64,000 nt of DNA. Source: a virus (Duplodnaviria; Caudoviricetes). A program made the position numbers and the translations under genes. Of this stretch, positions 39,660 to 49,359 are shown one piece after another; the stretch's first letter is position 1, and the number at the start of each line of letters is the position of its first letter. The notes beneath the pieces are model-generated. The model was not told where the DNA came from. It worked only from the letters and a program-made list of their open reading frames with translations, and did not search any database. The stretch spans positions 1 through 64,000 of IMG/VR virus record IMGVR_UViG_3300005805_000068; one strand, written 5' to 3'.

Positions 39660-39925
39660 AAAAATTAGCATTATTATTTTCAGTGTTTTTACTTACCGGA
39701 TGTTTAGAAACTGTGCCCGTTAAACGTAGTTTTCCAGACATCCCAGCAGAACTAAAAGCTGCTTGTCCGGAACTACAAAAAGTAGAACCAGGAACAACAC
39801 AATTAAGCAAGGTCATGGAAGTAGTAGTTGATAACTATTCAACATATTATGAATGCCGTGTTAAAGTAGATGCTTTCTTACAGTGGCATCAAGAACAAAA
39901 GAAAATTTTTGAAGAAGTTAAGTAA
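39656..39925 (+). CDS. o-spanin (Rz1-like lipoprotein)
   Basis: Lipobox LLTGC; P..L...CP motif. Confidence 0.75.
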   Translation: MKKLALLFSVFLLTGCLETVPVKRSFPDIPAELKAACPELQKVEPGTTQLSKVMEVVVDNYSTYYECRVKVDAFLQWHQEQKKIFEEVK

Positions 39926-39953
39926 ATAATAGTATCAGTTTAAGGAGCGAAAC

Positions 39954-40496
39954 ATGGCAACAGCAGCAGAGAAAAAAACAGAAGATTGGATGACTACTAA
40001 ATGGCGTCCGTTAATGGCCGTAACATATATGGCTACTATTTGGTTTGACTTTATACTAGGTCCAATCATTTTTAACATATTACAATTTCACAATCCAGGT
40101 CAGGCAGTTACAACCTGGACACCATTGACCTTACAAGGTGGTGGTTTATATCACTTAGCAATGGGTGGTATTTTAGGTATTGCTGCTTGGACACGTGGTA
40201 AAGAAAAAGTAGCGGCTATCGAATCAGGTGAAAACAAACAGGGTTTTAATTTGGGGACCGGTGCTTTCCCCGAAGTAAAAGCATCAGAGCCACAATGGGT
40301 AAGTAACCCAAATCAAGGTATGTCACCGCAGCAAACGTGGGCACCTAATCCTGCTCCAGTAGCGCCTGCACCGAGCTACGCAGCTCCTGCAGCTTATAGC
40401 AGTAGACCAGTGTCTGTACCTAGCTATGGTGGTTCAACATTTACATCGGCAAGTGGTAAATTAGGGCCAACACCAGAGCCGCAACCGGAACTATAA
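39954..40496 (+). CDS. Holin-like membrane protein with Pro-rich C-terminal tail
   Basis: KWRPLMAVTY, two TM segments, RGKEK; lies in the lysis cassette. Confidence 0.6.
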   Translation: MATAAEKKTEDWMTTKWRPLMAVTYMATIWFDFILGPIIFNILQFHNPGQAVTTWTPLTLQGGGLYHLAMGGILGIAAWTRGKEKVAAIESGENKQGFNLGTGAFPEVKASEPQWVSNPNQGMSPQQTWAPNPAPVAPAPSYAAPAAYSSRPVSVPSYGGSTFTSASGKLGPTPEPQPEL

Positions 40497-40506
40497 GGAA
40501 AATAAA

Positions 40507-40731
40507 ATGAAAAAATTAGTAACATTAGTTTTTGCAAGTATATTATCGTTTGCATCATTAACGGCGTGTGCAAAAGAAGAAGCAGCAGCACCCGCTGTTG
40601 AAGCACCAAAAACCAAACAAGTTTGCATCGATACTAAAGGTAAAGATGGTAAAGTAGTTAAACAATGCAAAACGGTCAAAGTTCATAAGAAATTTGAAGG
40701 TACTAAAGTTCCAGAAAAATCAAAAAAATAA
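40507..40731 (+). CDS. Small exported/lipoprotein
   Basis: Signal peptide with LTAC lipobox-like site; Cys pair. Confidence 0.55.
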   Translation: MKKLVTLVFASILSFASLTACAKEEAAAPAVEAPKTKQVCIDTKGKDGKVVKQCKTVKVHKKFEGTKVPEKSKK

Positions 40732-40757
40732 TTTACCTCAGTAAATCTCGATTAAAT

Positions 40758-40787
40758 AAAAGGACTGCTTGACACAGTCCTTTTTTT
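40758..40787 (+). terminator. Terminator with the -35 box in its loop
   Basis: AAAAGGACTG-CTTGACA-CAGTCC-TTTTTTT. Confidence 0.85.
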
Positions 40788-40797
40788 ATTATATAAT
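40769..40797 (+). promoter_or_regulatory. Sigma70 promoter for dnaJ (leaderless)
   Basis: TTGACA(40769-74)-17 nt-TATAAT(40792-97); ATG 6 nt later. Confidence 0.85.
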
Positions 40798-40803
40798 ATT
40801 ATT

Positions 40804-41640
40804 ATGGACTATTACTCAACTCTTGGATTAAAACGCGGTGCTAGTGCTGATGATATTAAAAAAGCCTATCGAAGCCTAGCAATGAAACACCATCCAGACC
40901 GCGGTGGTGATGAAAAGAAATTTAAAGAAATTTCACAAGCCTACGAATTTTTAACCGACCCTCAAAAGAAATCTATTATCGATATGGGTGGTGATCCAAA
41001 TTCCCAAGGAGGATTCCATCATGGTCGAGGGGATCCTTTTGAATTCCATTTTGGAACTGAAGATTTAAATGATCTATTTGGTAACTTTGGATTTGGATTC
41101 GGTGGTAGACCCCAACGAAGAAATAGAAGTCTAAGTATTAATGTTGAAATTAATCTAGAAGAAGTACTAACCGGAAAAGAAATTAACGCAGAAGTTGGTG
41201 TTCCGGGTGGTAGTAAAAAAATGATTAATATTGAAATACCACCAGGTATACAACATGGACAACAGATCAAATATCAAGGAATGGGAGATCACACCATGAC
41301 TGATATTCGTCCTGGTGATTTAATAGTCAACATTTTTGTAAGACCGCATAGTACATTCCGCAGAGAAGGAAATAATCTAATATTTGAAAAATCTATCACT
41401 ATCTGGGATGCAATATTAGGATCAAAAATTGCTATCGATACATTAGATAAAAAAACTTTACATATTACAGTACCTCCAGGCACACAACCAGATACTGTAA
41501 TGAGTTGTAACGGTGAAGGATTACCTGATATGAGAACTAAACATCGAGGTAATTTGTTGATTAGAATTAAAGTCAACGTACCAAGAAATCTAACTTACGA
41601 TCAATATCAAAAAATACAGGAACTAAAGAATGTCATTTAA
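40804..41640 (+). CDS. dnaJ: DnaJ/CbpA-type co-chaperone without zinc finger
   Basis: J domain with HPD, G/F region, C-terminal domain (GDLIV, G.GLP, GNLLI). Confidence 0.9.
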   Translation: MDYYSTLGLKRGASADDIKKAYRSLAMKHHPDRGGDEKKFKEISQAYEFLTDPQKKSIIDMGGDPNSQGGFHHGRGDPFEFHFGTEDLNDLFGNFGFGFGGRPQRRNRSLSINVEINLEEVLTGKEINAEVGVPGGSKKMINIEIPPGIQHGQQIKYQGMGDHTMTDIRPGDLIVNIFVRPHSTFRREGNNLIFEKSITIWDAILGSKIAIDTLDKKTLHITVPPGTQPDTVMSCNGEGLPDMRTKHRGNLLIRIKVNVPRNLTYDQYQKIQELKNVI

Positions 41641-42127
41641 TTTAGGTCCTCACGAAAGTCTTATACAAGTCAGTACTAACTGGGAGTTTGGTATTGATGG
41701 AGACGCTAAACAATTAGAAAAAGATCTAATTGAATTTATGTTGGCCAATAAAGGAATTGGTTTGGCTGCTAATCAGATCGGATTAACTAAACGTGTTTTT
41801 GTAATGGGAAGTAACAATATCGAAGGATTTCCTGTACCTTTCGCTGTGTTTAATCCTGTAATAACAGAAGCCAGCACAGATTTAGTATTAGATGAGGAAG
41901 GATGTTTAAGTTATCCCGATTTATTTTTAAAAGTAAAAAGGCCAAACTGGATTATCGCACAGTATCAAGACAGCGAAGGTAATCTAAAAGAAATTAAAGC
42001 CGAAGGATATTTGGCCAAATGCTTTCAACACGAATATGATCATCTAAATGGTGTATGTTTTGTTGACAGAGTATCACAGATGAAGTTACAATTAGCTATG
42101 AAGAAAATAAGGAAAAAGAATAAATGA
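41630..42127 (+). CDS. def: Peptide deformylase
   Basis: GIGLAANQ, EGCLS, QHEYDHLNG. Confidence 0.95.
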   Translation: MSFNLGPHESLIQVSTNWEFGIDGDAKQLEKDLIEFMLANKGIGLAANQIGLTKRVFVMGSNNIEGFPVPFAVFNPVITEASTDLVLDEEGCLSYPDLFLKVKRPNWIIAQYQDSEGNLKEIKAEGYLAKCFQHEYDHLNGVCFVDRVSQMKLQLAMKKIRKKNK

Positions 42128-44472
42128 TCGAACCGAGCCAAAATCTACAAGCTATCTTTGAAAACAGTATTAAGATCGCTCAAGAAAATCAGCATGAATA
42201 TATCACTATTGAACATTTAGTTTATGCGATCTTATGTGATCAGGAATCTCATGCTTTCATGGAAGGGTTTGGTGCTGATGTTAATTTTATCAAAACCAAT
42301 CTTGAACACTACATTAAAAATAATATGGCTGATATTAAAACCGATAATAAAAATATCAAACCTAAAAAAACAAATAGTGTAGAACGTGTACTTAATCGAT
42401 GCTTTACTCAAGTTCTGTTTAGCGGACGTCAACGTATGGAAGTTGCTGATGTGATTGTTAGCGTTCTTTCGGAAAAGAATAGTTTTGGATTTTACTTCTT
42501 ACAGAAGGGCGGAGTTACCAAAGAGAAGTTTGTTAAGTTCTTCCAAGAAAATCTTATCATAGAAGAAGTTGAAGAGATGGAAGAAGAAACCAGAGTTACT
42601 GCTCATCACGGAAATGGTGAAAAAATACTTAATCAATTTTGTACTAATCTTTCATTAAAGGCGAAACAAAGAACCATCGACCCAGTTATTGGTCGTGATG
42701 AAGAAATTGAAAAAATTAATCTTGTGTTAGCAAGACGTAATAAATCAAATGTGTTAATGGTAGGTGAACCAGGTGTAGGTAAGACTGCTATTGCTGAAGG
42801 TATCGCTCGTAAAATCTTTGAAAAGAAAGTACCTAAATTTATTCAAGACCACACAGTATACACATTAGATATCGGAGCATTACTTGCTGGTAGTAAGTAT
42901 CGAGGAGACTTTGAAGAACGTATCAAATCAGTATTAAACACACTCGAGAAAAAAGGAAAAATTATTTTATTCATTGACGAAGCACACATGATGAGTGGTG
43001 CTGGAACCGCTAGCAACAGTCCAAATGATCTGGCCAATCTGTTAAAACCAGTGCTTACTAAGGGTGTAATAAAGCTCATCGCAAGTACCACTTGGGAAGA
43101 GTATCGCAAGCACTTTGAAAAAGACCGTGCTTTAATGCGCAGATTCCAACGTGTTAATATTGATGAACCTACTCCAGACATGGCAGTTAAAATCCTCAAA
43201 GGTCTTAAAAAGTATTACGAAAAACATCACAACGTTAAGATTAGCGATGCTGCTATCGAACAAGCAGTTAAATTGTCAGTTAAGTATATGAGTGATAAAA
43301 AATTACCTGATAAAGCCATCGATATCATTGACTGTGCTTCAGCTCGTTACAAACTTAAAGACGATGAAACTACAGAAGGTGTAGAACAGATTGTTGATAT
43401 TGAACAGGTCACTTATGAGCTTAGTAAGATGATTAATATGCCATTAGAAACAGTGGCTCAAAAAGAAAGTAAAAATCTTGCTGATTTAGAATCAGGTATG
43501 AAAGGTGCTGTATACGGGCAGGATGATGCTGTAGATACATTGCTCGATAAGATCTTTGTATCACAGGCAGGAATGAAGTCACCAAATAAACCTATTGGAT
43601 CATTCCTTTTCCTTGGGCCAACTGGTTGCGGTAAGACCGAAACTGCTAAACAACTGTCAGATAAGATGGGGATGCCTCTTGTGCGATTTGATATGGGCGA
43701 ATATCAAGAGAAACATTCAGTAGCACGTTTGATTGGTGCGCCTCCGGGATATGTAGGTTATGAAGATAATGCCGGTCAACTTATTACTAAATTACAAGAA
43801 ACTCCTAACAGTATTCTGTTATTGGATGAAATTGAAAAAGCACATCCAGATGTTACTAATATCCTGTTAGCATTCATGGATAATGGATTTGTTACAGGTT
43901 CTAACGGCAAACAGGCAGATGGACGTAACTGTATTCTTATCATGACATCAAACTTAGGTGCTGCTGATAATGAAAACAATACTATTGGTTTTGGTGCGTT
44001 GGACAAAGAAGGCGAAGATGATAAAGCAGTTAAGAAATTCTTTGCTCCAGAGTTTAGAAATCGGTTAGATGGTATTATTAAATTTACTAAACTATCACAA
44101 GATACTGTTGCACAGATTGTTAAAAAATTCATCGGTGATCTCAATGATCAACTTAAAGACAAAGGTATTGAAATTGTCGCAGGTGCTAATGCTGTTAAAT
44201 GGTTGTCAGATAAAGGGTATGACAGCAAGATGGGTGCTAGACCGTTGGCAAGATTGATTGATAATAAAATTAAGAGTCCATTAAGTCGACGTGTATTATT
44301 TGGAGATTTAGTAGATGGTGGTCGTGTAAATATCACCGTTGAAAACGATGAGTTATCTTTTACAATAACAGAATTACCTAAGCCCTTAACAAAAGCAGAA
44401 CGCAAGGCTCTCAAAGCTGCAAAATTTACAGAAAATATAGTTGAGACCGCAGATGAAAACACTGACAACTAA
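42124..44472 (+). CDS. clpA: ClpA-type AAA+ unfoldase
   Basis: N domain; two NBDs (GEPGVGKT, GPTGCGKT); DMGEYQEKH.VARLIGAPPGY; GARPL. Confidence 0.92.
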   Translation: MIEPSQNLQAIFENSIKIAQENQHEYITIEHLVYAILCDQESHAFMEGFGADVNFIKTNLEHYIKNNMADIKTDNKNIKPKKTNSVERVLNRCFTQVLFSGRQRMEVADVIVSVLSEKNSFGFYFLQKGGVTKEKFVKFFQENLIIEEVEEMEEETRVTAHHGNGEKILNQFCTNLSLKAKQRTIDPVIGRDEEIEKINLVLARRNKSNVLMVGEPGVGKTAIAEGIARKIFEKKVPKFIQDHTVYTLDIGALLAGSKYRGDFEERIKSVLNTLEKKGKIILFIDEAHMMSGAGTASNSPNDLANLLKPVLTKGVIKLIASTTWEEYRKHFEKDRALMRRFQRVNIDEPTPDMAVKILKGLKKYYEKHHNVKISDAAIEQAVKLSVKYMSDKKLPDKAIDIIDCASARYKLKDDETTEGVEQIVDIEQVTYELSKMINMPLETVAQKESKNLADLESGMKGAVYGQDDAVDTLLDKIFVSQAGMKSPNKPIGSFLFLGPTGCGKTETAKQLSDKMGMPLVRFDMGEYQEKHSVARLIGAPPGYVGYEDNAGQLITKLQETPNSILLLDEIEKAHPDVTNILLAFMDNGFVTGSNGKQADGRNCILIMTSNLGAADNENNTIGFGALDKEGEDDKAVKKFFAPEFRNRLDGIIKFTKLSQDTVAQIVKKFIGDLNDQLKDKGIEIVAGANAVKWLSDKGYDSKMGARPLARLIDNKIKSPLSRRVLFGDLVDGGRVNITVENDELSFTITELPKPLTKAERKALKAAKFTENIVETADENTDN

Positions 44473-45106
44473 TAAGAAATTTTACAACAAATGGTTGTAT
44501 AAGGTTTCTCTCAATGCTCCCTATTCCAATGCTTTTAGAATATATGATTTTGACGAGATTAAGAATCACTGTTATTCTAATAATGAAGACCATCTTAGAT
44601 GGATAGGGGCTAATGTTAGGGAGCATAAGGATCAAATAATTCCGTTGGTAGAATATTTAGAAACATTAGATCCTAGTGCATGGACTAAACGTATAGAGAC
44701 TCGACAGATAGATTTTTATACTAATGACTCTATTATATACGAAGACCTTTTTGAAAAATTCCAAGATCAAGTCATACATAGATCTGCTCCTTCCGGACAG
44801 ACATTAGATTCAAAATCTATATTAACTACTAAATTACCTCACGGAAAATATCGATATAGGGTATATCTACAACCTCATAAACTTAAAAATGATCGAGATG
44901 GTAAGAAAAAGTATTTAGATTGGCTTATCGGGCAATCTCCTAGAATTACCTGTACAGATGCTGTACAACGTTGGTTCTTAAAAACTGATTGGAATTGGGA
45001 CCGCAGATACGTATTAGTAGAAGATGAAGGCACTTTATTGATGCTTAAACTAAGAAATCCAGAGGTTATGGGCAGTGTCTATAACTATGTCTTAAGCGAT
45101 AAATAA
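44453..45106 (+). CDS. Hypothetical protein
   Basis: ORF overlapping the clpA end; ATG at 44453 preferred. Confidence 0.6.
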   Translation: MKTLTTNKKFYNKWLYKVSLNAPYSNAFRIYDFDEIKNHCYSNNEDHLRWIGANVREHKDQIIPLVEYLETLDPSAWTKRIETRQIDFYTNDSIIYEDLFEKFQDQVIHRSAPSGQTLDSKSILTTKLPHGKYRYRVYLQPHKLKNDRDGKKKYLDWLIGQSPRITCTDAVQRWFLKTDWNWDRRYVLVEDEGTLLMLKLRNPEVMGSVYNYVLSDK

Positions 45107-45109
45107 GAG

Positions 45110-45463
45110 ATGTCCACTGAAAGTACAATTCTAATATCTAATATCACAACAGAAGTTTTATCACCTTCTGTTTTTTCCTATTCTGATAAACAAAAGGGAG
45201 CAGGCTATCACAAATACAATGATGGCGTTCATACCGCTGTTTATCAACTCAGCGAATTTGTTGGAACTATTAAAATACAGGCTACATTAGAATTATATCC
45301 AGGCGATAATGACTGGTTTGATGTAGATGGTACTGAACATAGTTTTGATAGTTCTATATCAAATGGTGCGTATCCTTATACATTTACTGGTAAATTTACC
45401 TGGATTCGTGCTGCATACAACCTACAAAACGGTACTATTACCCAAATCCGATATAATTACTAA
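45110..45463 (+). CDS. Small virion-type beta protein
   Basis: ATAAATA 4 nt upstream; G.IKIQATL...P....WF motif. Confidence 0.55.
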   Translation: MSTESTILISNITTEVLSPSVFSYSDKQKGAGYHKYNDGVHTAVYQLSEFVGTIKIQATLELYPGDNDWFDVDGTEHSFDSSISNGAYPYTFTGKFTWIRAAYNLQNGTITQIRYNY

Positions 45464-45487
45464 GTTTCAAAAGGCGATAAATATAGT

Positions 45488-46570
45488 ATGACCTTACGGA
45501 ACCATACTATGAGAGACCTTATATCAAAATTAGACGCATTAATCAATGAAACTACACTTAGTACATTCGATCCTAAAGATGACTATGATGCTAAATCTAA
45601 AAATTTACAAGATCTAGAAAGAAACAAAGACATAGATCCCGAAGCTGTTAAGCAACGTAAACTAGATCTAGATAAAGAAGCACGTGCTAAAGGTGTTAAA
45701 GAAGAGTTTGAAGTTGGGGACTCCTTCGGAATTAGCTTTTCAGAAGATCACGAAATTTCTACAGAAATTGTAGGATTTTTAGAAGATGGCATCGTTATTG
45801 ATCTTGATGATGCTGCTTTAGAGATGTTAGATCAAGAAGGAATATTCTTTATCGAAGGCGAAGTTCTAGATGAAAGTAAAGGACCATGTTGGGTAGGCTA
45901 CAAACAGGTAGGAATGAAAAATAAAGGCGGTAAGCAGGTTCCTAATTGTGTAAAAGAAAGTGGACTACAATACTACACCGGCAAAAAGAAATACGGTAAA
46001 GATGGAATGACTGCATTAGCACAAGCCGGTCGTGATGGTGCTTCAGAACAAGAATTAGGCAAAATCAAAGACAAATACAAGAAAGAAGATCACGGTCCGG
46101 AAGATCCAGACGCAAGTTACAATGTTGGTGAATATGATCGTGAAGGTGATATGGCCAAAGATCAATTACGTACTGTAAATGATGCTGCCAAAGAACTATA
46201 CAGTATTATCCAAGCAGATGAAAATCTTCCAGAATGGGTGCAGGCTAAGATTACTAAGGCCATGGACTATTTAGATACAGCACGTGATTACATGAAGGCC
46301 AACAAATATGCCGAAGATATTGATATGGACGAAGCCAAATATCACGGTAAAGAAGTTCCGCTAGGTAAAAAATTACCAGGCGATGTAAAGAAATCAAAAG
46401 TATATGTGCGTAAGCCTAATGGTAAGATCGTTAAAGTAAACTTTGGCGATAAGAAAATGCGTATCAAGAAATCTAATCCAGCACGTAGACGTTCATTCCG
46501 TGCTAGACATAATTGCAAAAATCCAGGACCGCGTTGGAAAGCACGCTATTGGTCATGTAGGAGTTGGTAA
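45488..46570 (+). CDS. Modular internal-head/prohead-core-like protein
   Basis: Short modules separated by hydrophobic-x-Glu sites (LINE, VKEE, LDE, VKE, MDE); alternative start 45509. Confidence 0.6.
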   Translation: MTLRNHTMRDLISKLDALINETTLSTFDPKDDYDAKSKNLQDLERNKDIDPEAVKQRKLDLDKEARAKGVKEEFEVGDSFGISFSEDHEISTEIVGFLEDGIVIDLDDAALEMLDQEGIFFIEGEVLDESKGPCWVGYKQVGMKNKGGKQVPNCVKESGLQYYTGKKKYGKDGMTALAQAGRDGASEQELGKIKDKYKKEDHGPEDPDASYNVGEYDREGDMAKDQLRTVNDAAKELYSIIQADENLPEWVQAKITKAMDYLDTARDYMKANKYAEDIDMDEAKYHGKEVPLGKKLPGDVKKSKVYVRKPNGKIVKVNFGDKKMRIKKSNPARRRSFRARHNCKNPGPRWKARYWSCRSW

Positions 46571-46908
46571 TGAAGTTATTCGAACTGTTTAGTCCTATCG
46601 GAGCTCCTAAGGAAGCCGATCAAGATATTGATTGGATAGGTGACTTAAAATTTTATATCGACAATGATGAAAAAATGCTCAGCAATTATTTCTTTCCTGC
46701 TGTTAAGCGTCATCAAGAATACAAAGGCAATCCAAATGCCTATAAAATTTATATCAGACCTATTGAAAAATGTTTAGATAGTTATTGTCAACAATATGAA
46801 ATCCAAGATCGAGAAGTAAAATTTCCTAAGGAACAGCTTATTGAATTGGCTAAGCAAATGGCTGAAGAACAAGAAAAGCACATAGACCACGGCGACTATG
46901 AGAATTAA
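46570..46908 (+). CDS. Putative capsid-targeted protein
   Basis: N-terminus MKLFELF; TAATG coupling. Confidence 0.6.
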   Translation: MKLFELFSPIGAPKEADQDIDWIGDLKFYIDNDEKMLSNYFFPAVKRHQEYKGNPNAYKIYIRPIEKCLDSYCQQYEIQDREVKFPKEQLIELAKQMAEEQEKHIDHGDYEN

Positions 46909-47992
46909 CGAACTATTTGAAGCAGATTCGAAGCATGCCGCATTTTGTTTCGGCAGAATGAATCCTCCTACGGTTGGACATAAACAATTACTAAACACTG
47001 TTAAAAGTGTAGGTGGGGATCATTTCATTTTTGTTAGCCAATCACAAGATCCTAAAAAAAATCCTTTAGATTATTCTACCAAAATTAAGTTTATGAAACT
47101 TATGTTTCCCGAACATGCTAAAAATATTGTAGAAGATTCAAGTCTAAATACGGTTGTAAAAGTTGCTAGTTACGTGTATAATTTAGGTTATAGAAATGCA
47201 ACCTTTGTAGCAGGGAGTGATAGATTAGATACTATGAAACAGCTACTTACGCAATACAATGGAGTAGAAGGCAAAGCACACGGTTTCTATCAGTTCGATG
47301 TACTTGATTTTAAGTCAAGCGGTGATCGTGAAGACGGAGCGGAAGGAGTTGCTGGAGTTAGTGCGAGCAACGCTCGAGTTGCCGCAGCTAATAATGATTT
47401 AGAAGCATTTAAAGAATCAACAGGTGCTGGACAGTATGCAGAACCACTGTTCAAAGCAGTTCGTCAAGGTATGGGAATACAAGAAGGACTAGAAGAAGGA
47501 AAATTTAGAAGTAGAGATGTTGAAGAACGATTGATACCTAATAAAAAATTAAATGATCTAAAAAGTAAATATCTTCCCGATTGGGAAATGTTGGATCACA
47601 GAATTCTACAGGCAAAGTATGTTGCTAAGGATCATAGACATGCCGAGGAATTGGTTTCTTACATAAACAAAATCAGTGAAGAAATGGATCATTTTGCTGA
47701 AGTTACCCAAGATGTTGCAGAAGTAACTGTTAAGACTTCAACCTTTGATGTTAAAGGTTTAACTGTGTTAGATTTTAAACTAGCATTAAAAGTTGACAAA
47801 TATGCAGAGTCTAACGATATCGAACAGGTAAGAATGCAAGGTAATTTTGGTATGCACGAAGGCAAGAAAGATGCCTGCTATAACAAAGTTAAAAGTCGTG
47901 TCAAAGTATGGCCTTCAGCTTATGCCAGCGGACAGTTAGTGCAATGTCGCAAACGCGGTGCTGCCAATTGGGGAACAGGTAAGAAAAAATGA
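46898..47992 (+). CDS. HxGH nucleotidyltransferase fused to a pterin-4a-carbinolamine dehydratase-like domain
   Basis: FGRMNPPTVGH, AGSDR, SAS..R; C-terminal WEMLD...DHFAEV...TFDVKGLT.LDF; N-terminus MRINELFE. Confidence 0.75.
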   Translation: MRINELFEADSKHAAFCFGRMNPPTVGHKQLLNTVKSVGGDHFIFVSQSQDPKKNPLDYSTKIKFMKLMFPEHAKNIVEDSSLNTVVKVASYVYNLGYRNATFVAGSDRLDTMKQLLTQYNGVEGKAHGFYQFDVLDFKSSGDREDGAEGVAGVSASNARVAAANNDLEAFKESTGAGQYAEPLFKAVRQGMGIQEGLEEGKFRSRDVEERLIPNKKLNDLKSKYLPDWEMLDHRILQAKYVAKDHRHAEELVSYINKISEEMDHFAEVTQDVAEVTVKTSTFDVKGLTVLDFKLALKVDKYAESNDIEQVRMQGNFGMHEGKKDACYNKVKSRVKVWPSAYASGQLVQCRKRGAANWGTGKKK

Positions 47993-48345
47993 GAGCGCAC
48001 GAGTTTATCAATGAGGACCTGCGTAAATGGTTTAAACAAAAGTGGGTACGATTTGGTCCCGACGGTAAGATCCGCGGAGACTGTGCTAGAGGATCAGAAA
48101 AAGAAGGCAAGCCTAAGTGTTTACCACAAAGCAAAGCACATGCACTAGGCAAGAAGGGTAGGGCCTCGGCAGCGGCTCGCAAGCGTAGAGAAGATCCTAA
48201 TCCAGAACGCAAAGGCAAGGCGATTAATGTCAGTACTAAGAAAAAATCAAATGAAGATGTAGCAGAAGGATATGGACGTTACTGGTGTTCAACAGATAAG
48301 AAATGGAAAACTCGCAAAGGGCCTAAACAAAAGAGATCATCATGA
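47989..48345 (+). CDS. Basic putative internal head protein
   Basis: MRAHEFINE then LRKWFKQKWV...KPKCLP. Confidence 0.65.
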   Translation: MRAHEFINEDLRKWFKQKWVRFGPDGKIRGDCARGSEKEGKPKCLPQSKAHALGKKGRASAAARKRREDPNPERKGKAINVSTKKKSNEDVAEGYGRYWCSTDKKWKTRKGPKQKRSS

Positions 48346-48803
48346 AGATAGCCGATATTATTGAAAGTCGTGGGCATAAGATTATTGCTACTAAACTGGC
48401 AAATATGGACCGTATGAAAAATATTCAAATTCCTACTCCCGCCGAACGTAGAGCACAACTAGATAAACAAAAAGAACAAGAAAAGAAAATTAAAGAAGGA
48501 ATGCCTGGTTGGGATCGAGAATTTTCTGTAGGCACATATACATACTATACCTACGACGAAAGAGAAGAGGATAATCGTAAAACATTCCATGCTGTACAAA
48601 GTGATGACGGAAAACAATTTGATGTAGATTGGACACCATACGGAAAAATGACTCCACAAGACTTAAAAATTTGGATCAAATTAGGTATGCCTGATCGCAA
48701 ATCTATTAAGAGTATCGGTCCATTGCGTCATGAAGATCTAGTCAAATATGCACAAGCACAAGGTATTGCTAATCTAGATCCAGAATTAGCAGGCGCAAAA
48801 TAA
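48342..48803 (+). CDS. Putative internal head protein
   Basis: MKIADIIE N-terminus; internal KIKE site. Confidence 0.6.
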   Translation: MKIADIIESRGHKIIATKLANMDRMKNIQIPTPAERRAQLDKQKEQEKKIKEGMPGWDREFSVGTYTYYTYDEREEDNRKTFHAVQSDDGKQFDVDWTPYGKMTPQDLKIWIKLGMPDRKSIKSIGPLRHEDLVKYAQAQGIANLDPELAGAK

Positions 48804-49012
48804 TGGAATTAGACGAACTAAAAAAATTAGCAGGTATTACAGAGTTCAAAGGATTTCAACTTTACGGTGGTAGCAATATCAGTATTACCGGTAATGAGAA
48901 ACAAAAGTTAGAAAAGGAGCATAATATTAAACCAGGTACTCCAGAATGGTTTCAATTATGGTTCAGTTTACCATACCTAACTGGTGAACCACCGATAGGA
49001 GATAAGAAATGA
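48803..49012 (+). CDS. Small hypothetical protein
   Basis: [14 protein letters not shown]; [13 protein letters not shown]. Confidence 0.65.
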   Translation: MELDELKKLAGITEFKGFQLYGGSNISITGNEKQKLEKEHNIKPGTPEWFQLWFSLPYLTGEPPIGDKK

Positions 49013-49359
49013 TCACAGTAATAGAGCAACCACAATTAGTCACCATAGCACCAGGTGCTATTGCTAAGATCAAAGAACTGATCGCAGAAGAAAATAATCC
49101 TAATTTAAAATTGCGTATGTTCGTTAGTGGTGGCGGATGTAGTGGTATGCAGTATGGATTTACTTTTGAAGAAGAAGCCAACGAAGATGATTTTGATCTA
49201 GAGTTTGAAGGCATACATCTGTTGATTGACAGTATGAGCAGTCAATATCTACAAGGTGCAGAAGTAGACTATACAGAGTCATTACAAGGTAGTCAATTTA
49301 GTATTAAAAATCCACAAGCACAAACTACATGTGGGTGTGGGAGTTCTTTTAGCGCATGA
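49009..49359 (+). CDS. erpA: ErpA-type Fe-S insertion protein
   Basis: [42 protein letters not shown]. Confidence 0.92.
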   Translation: MITVIEQPQLVTIAPGAIAKIKELIAEENNPNLKLRMFVSGGGCSGMQYGFTFEEEANEDDFDLEFEGIHLLIDSMSSQYLQGAEVDYTESLQGSQFSIKNPQAQTTCGCGSSFSA

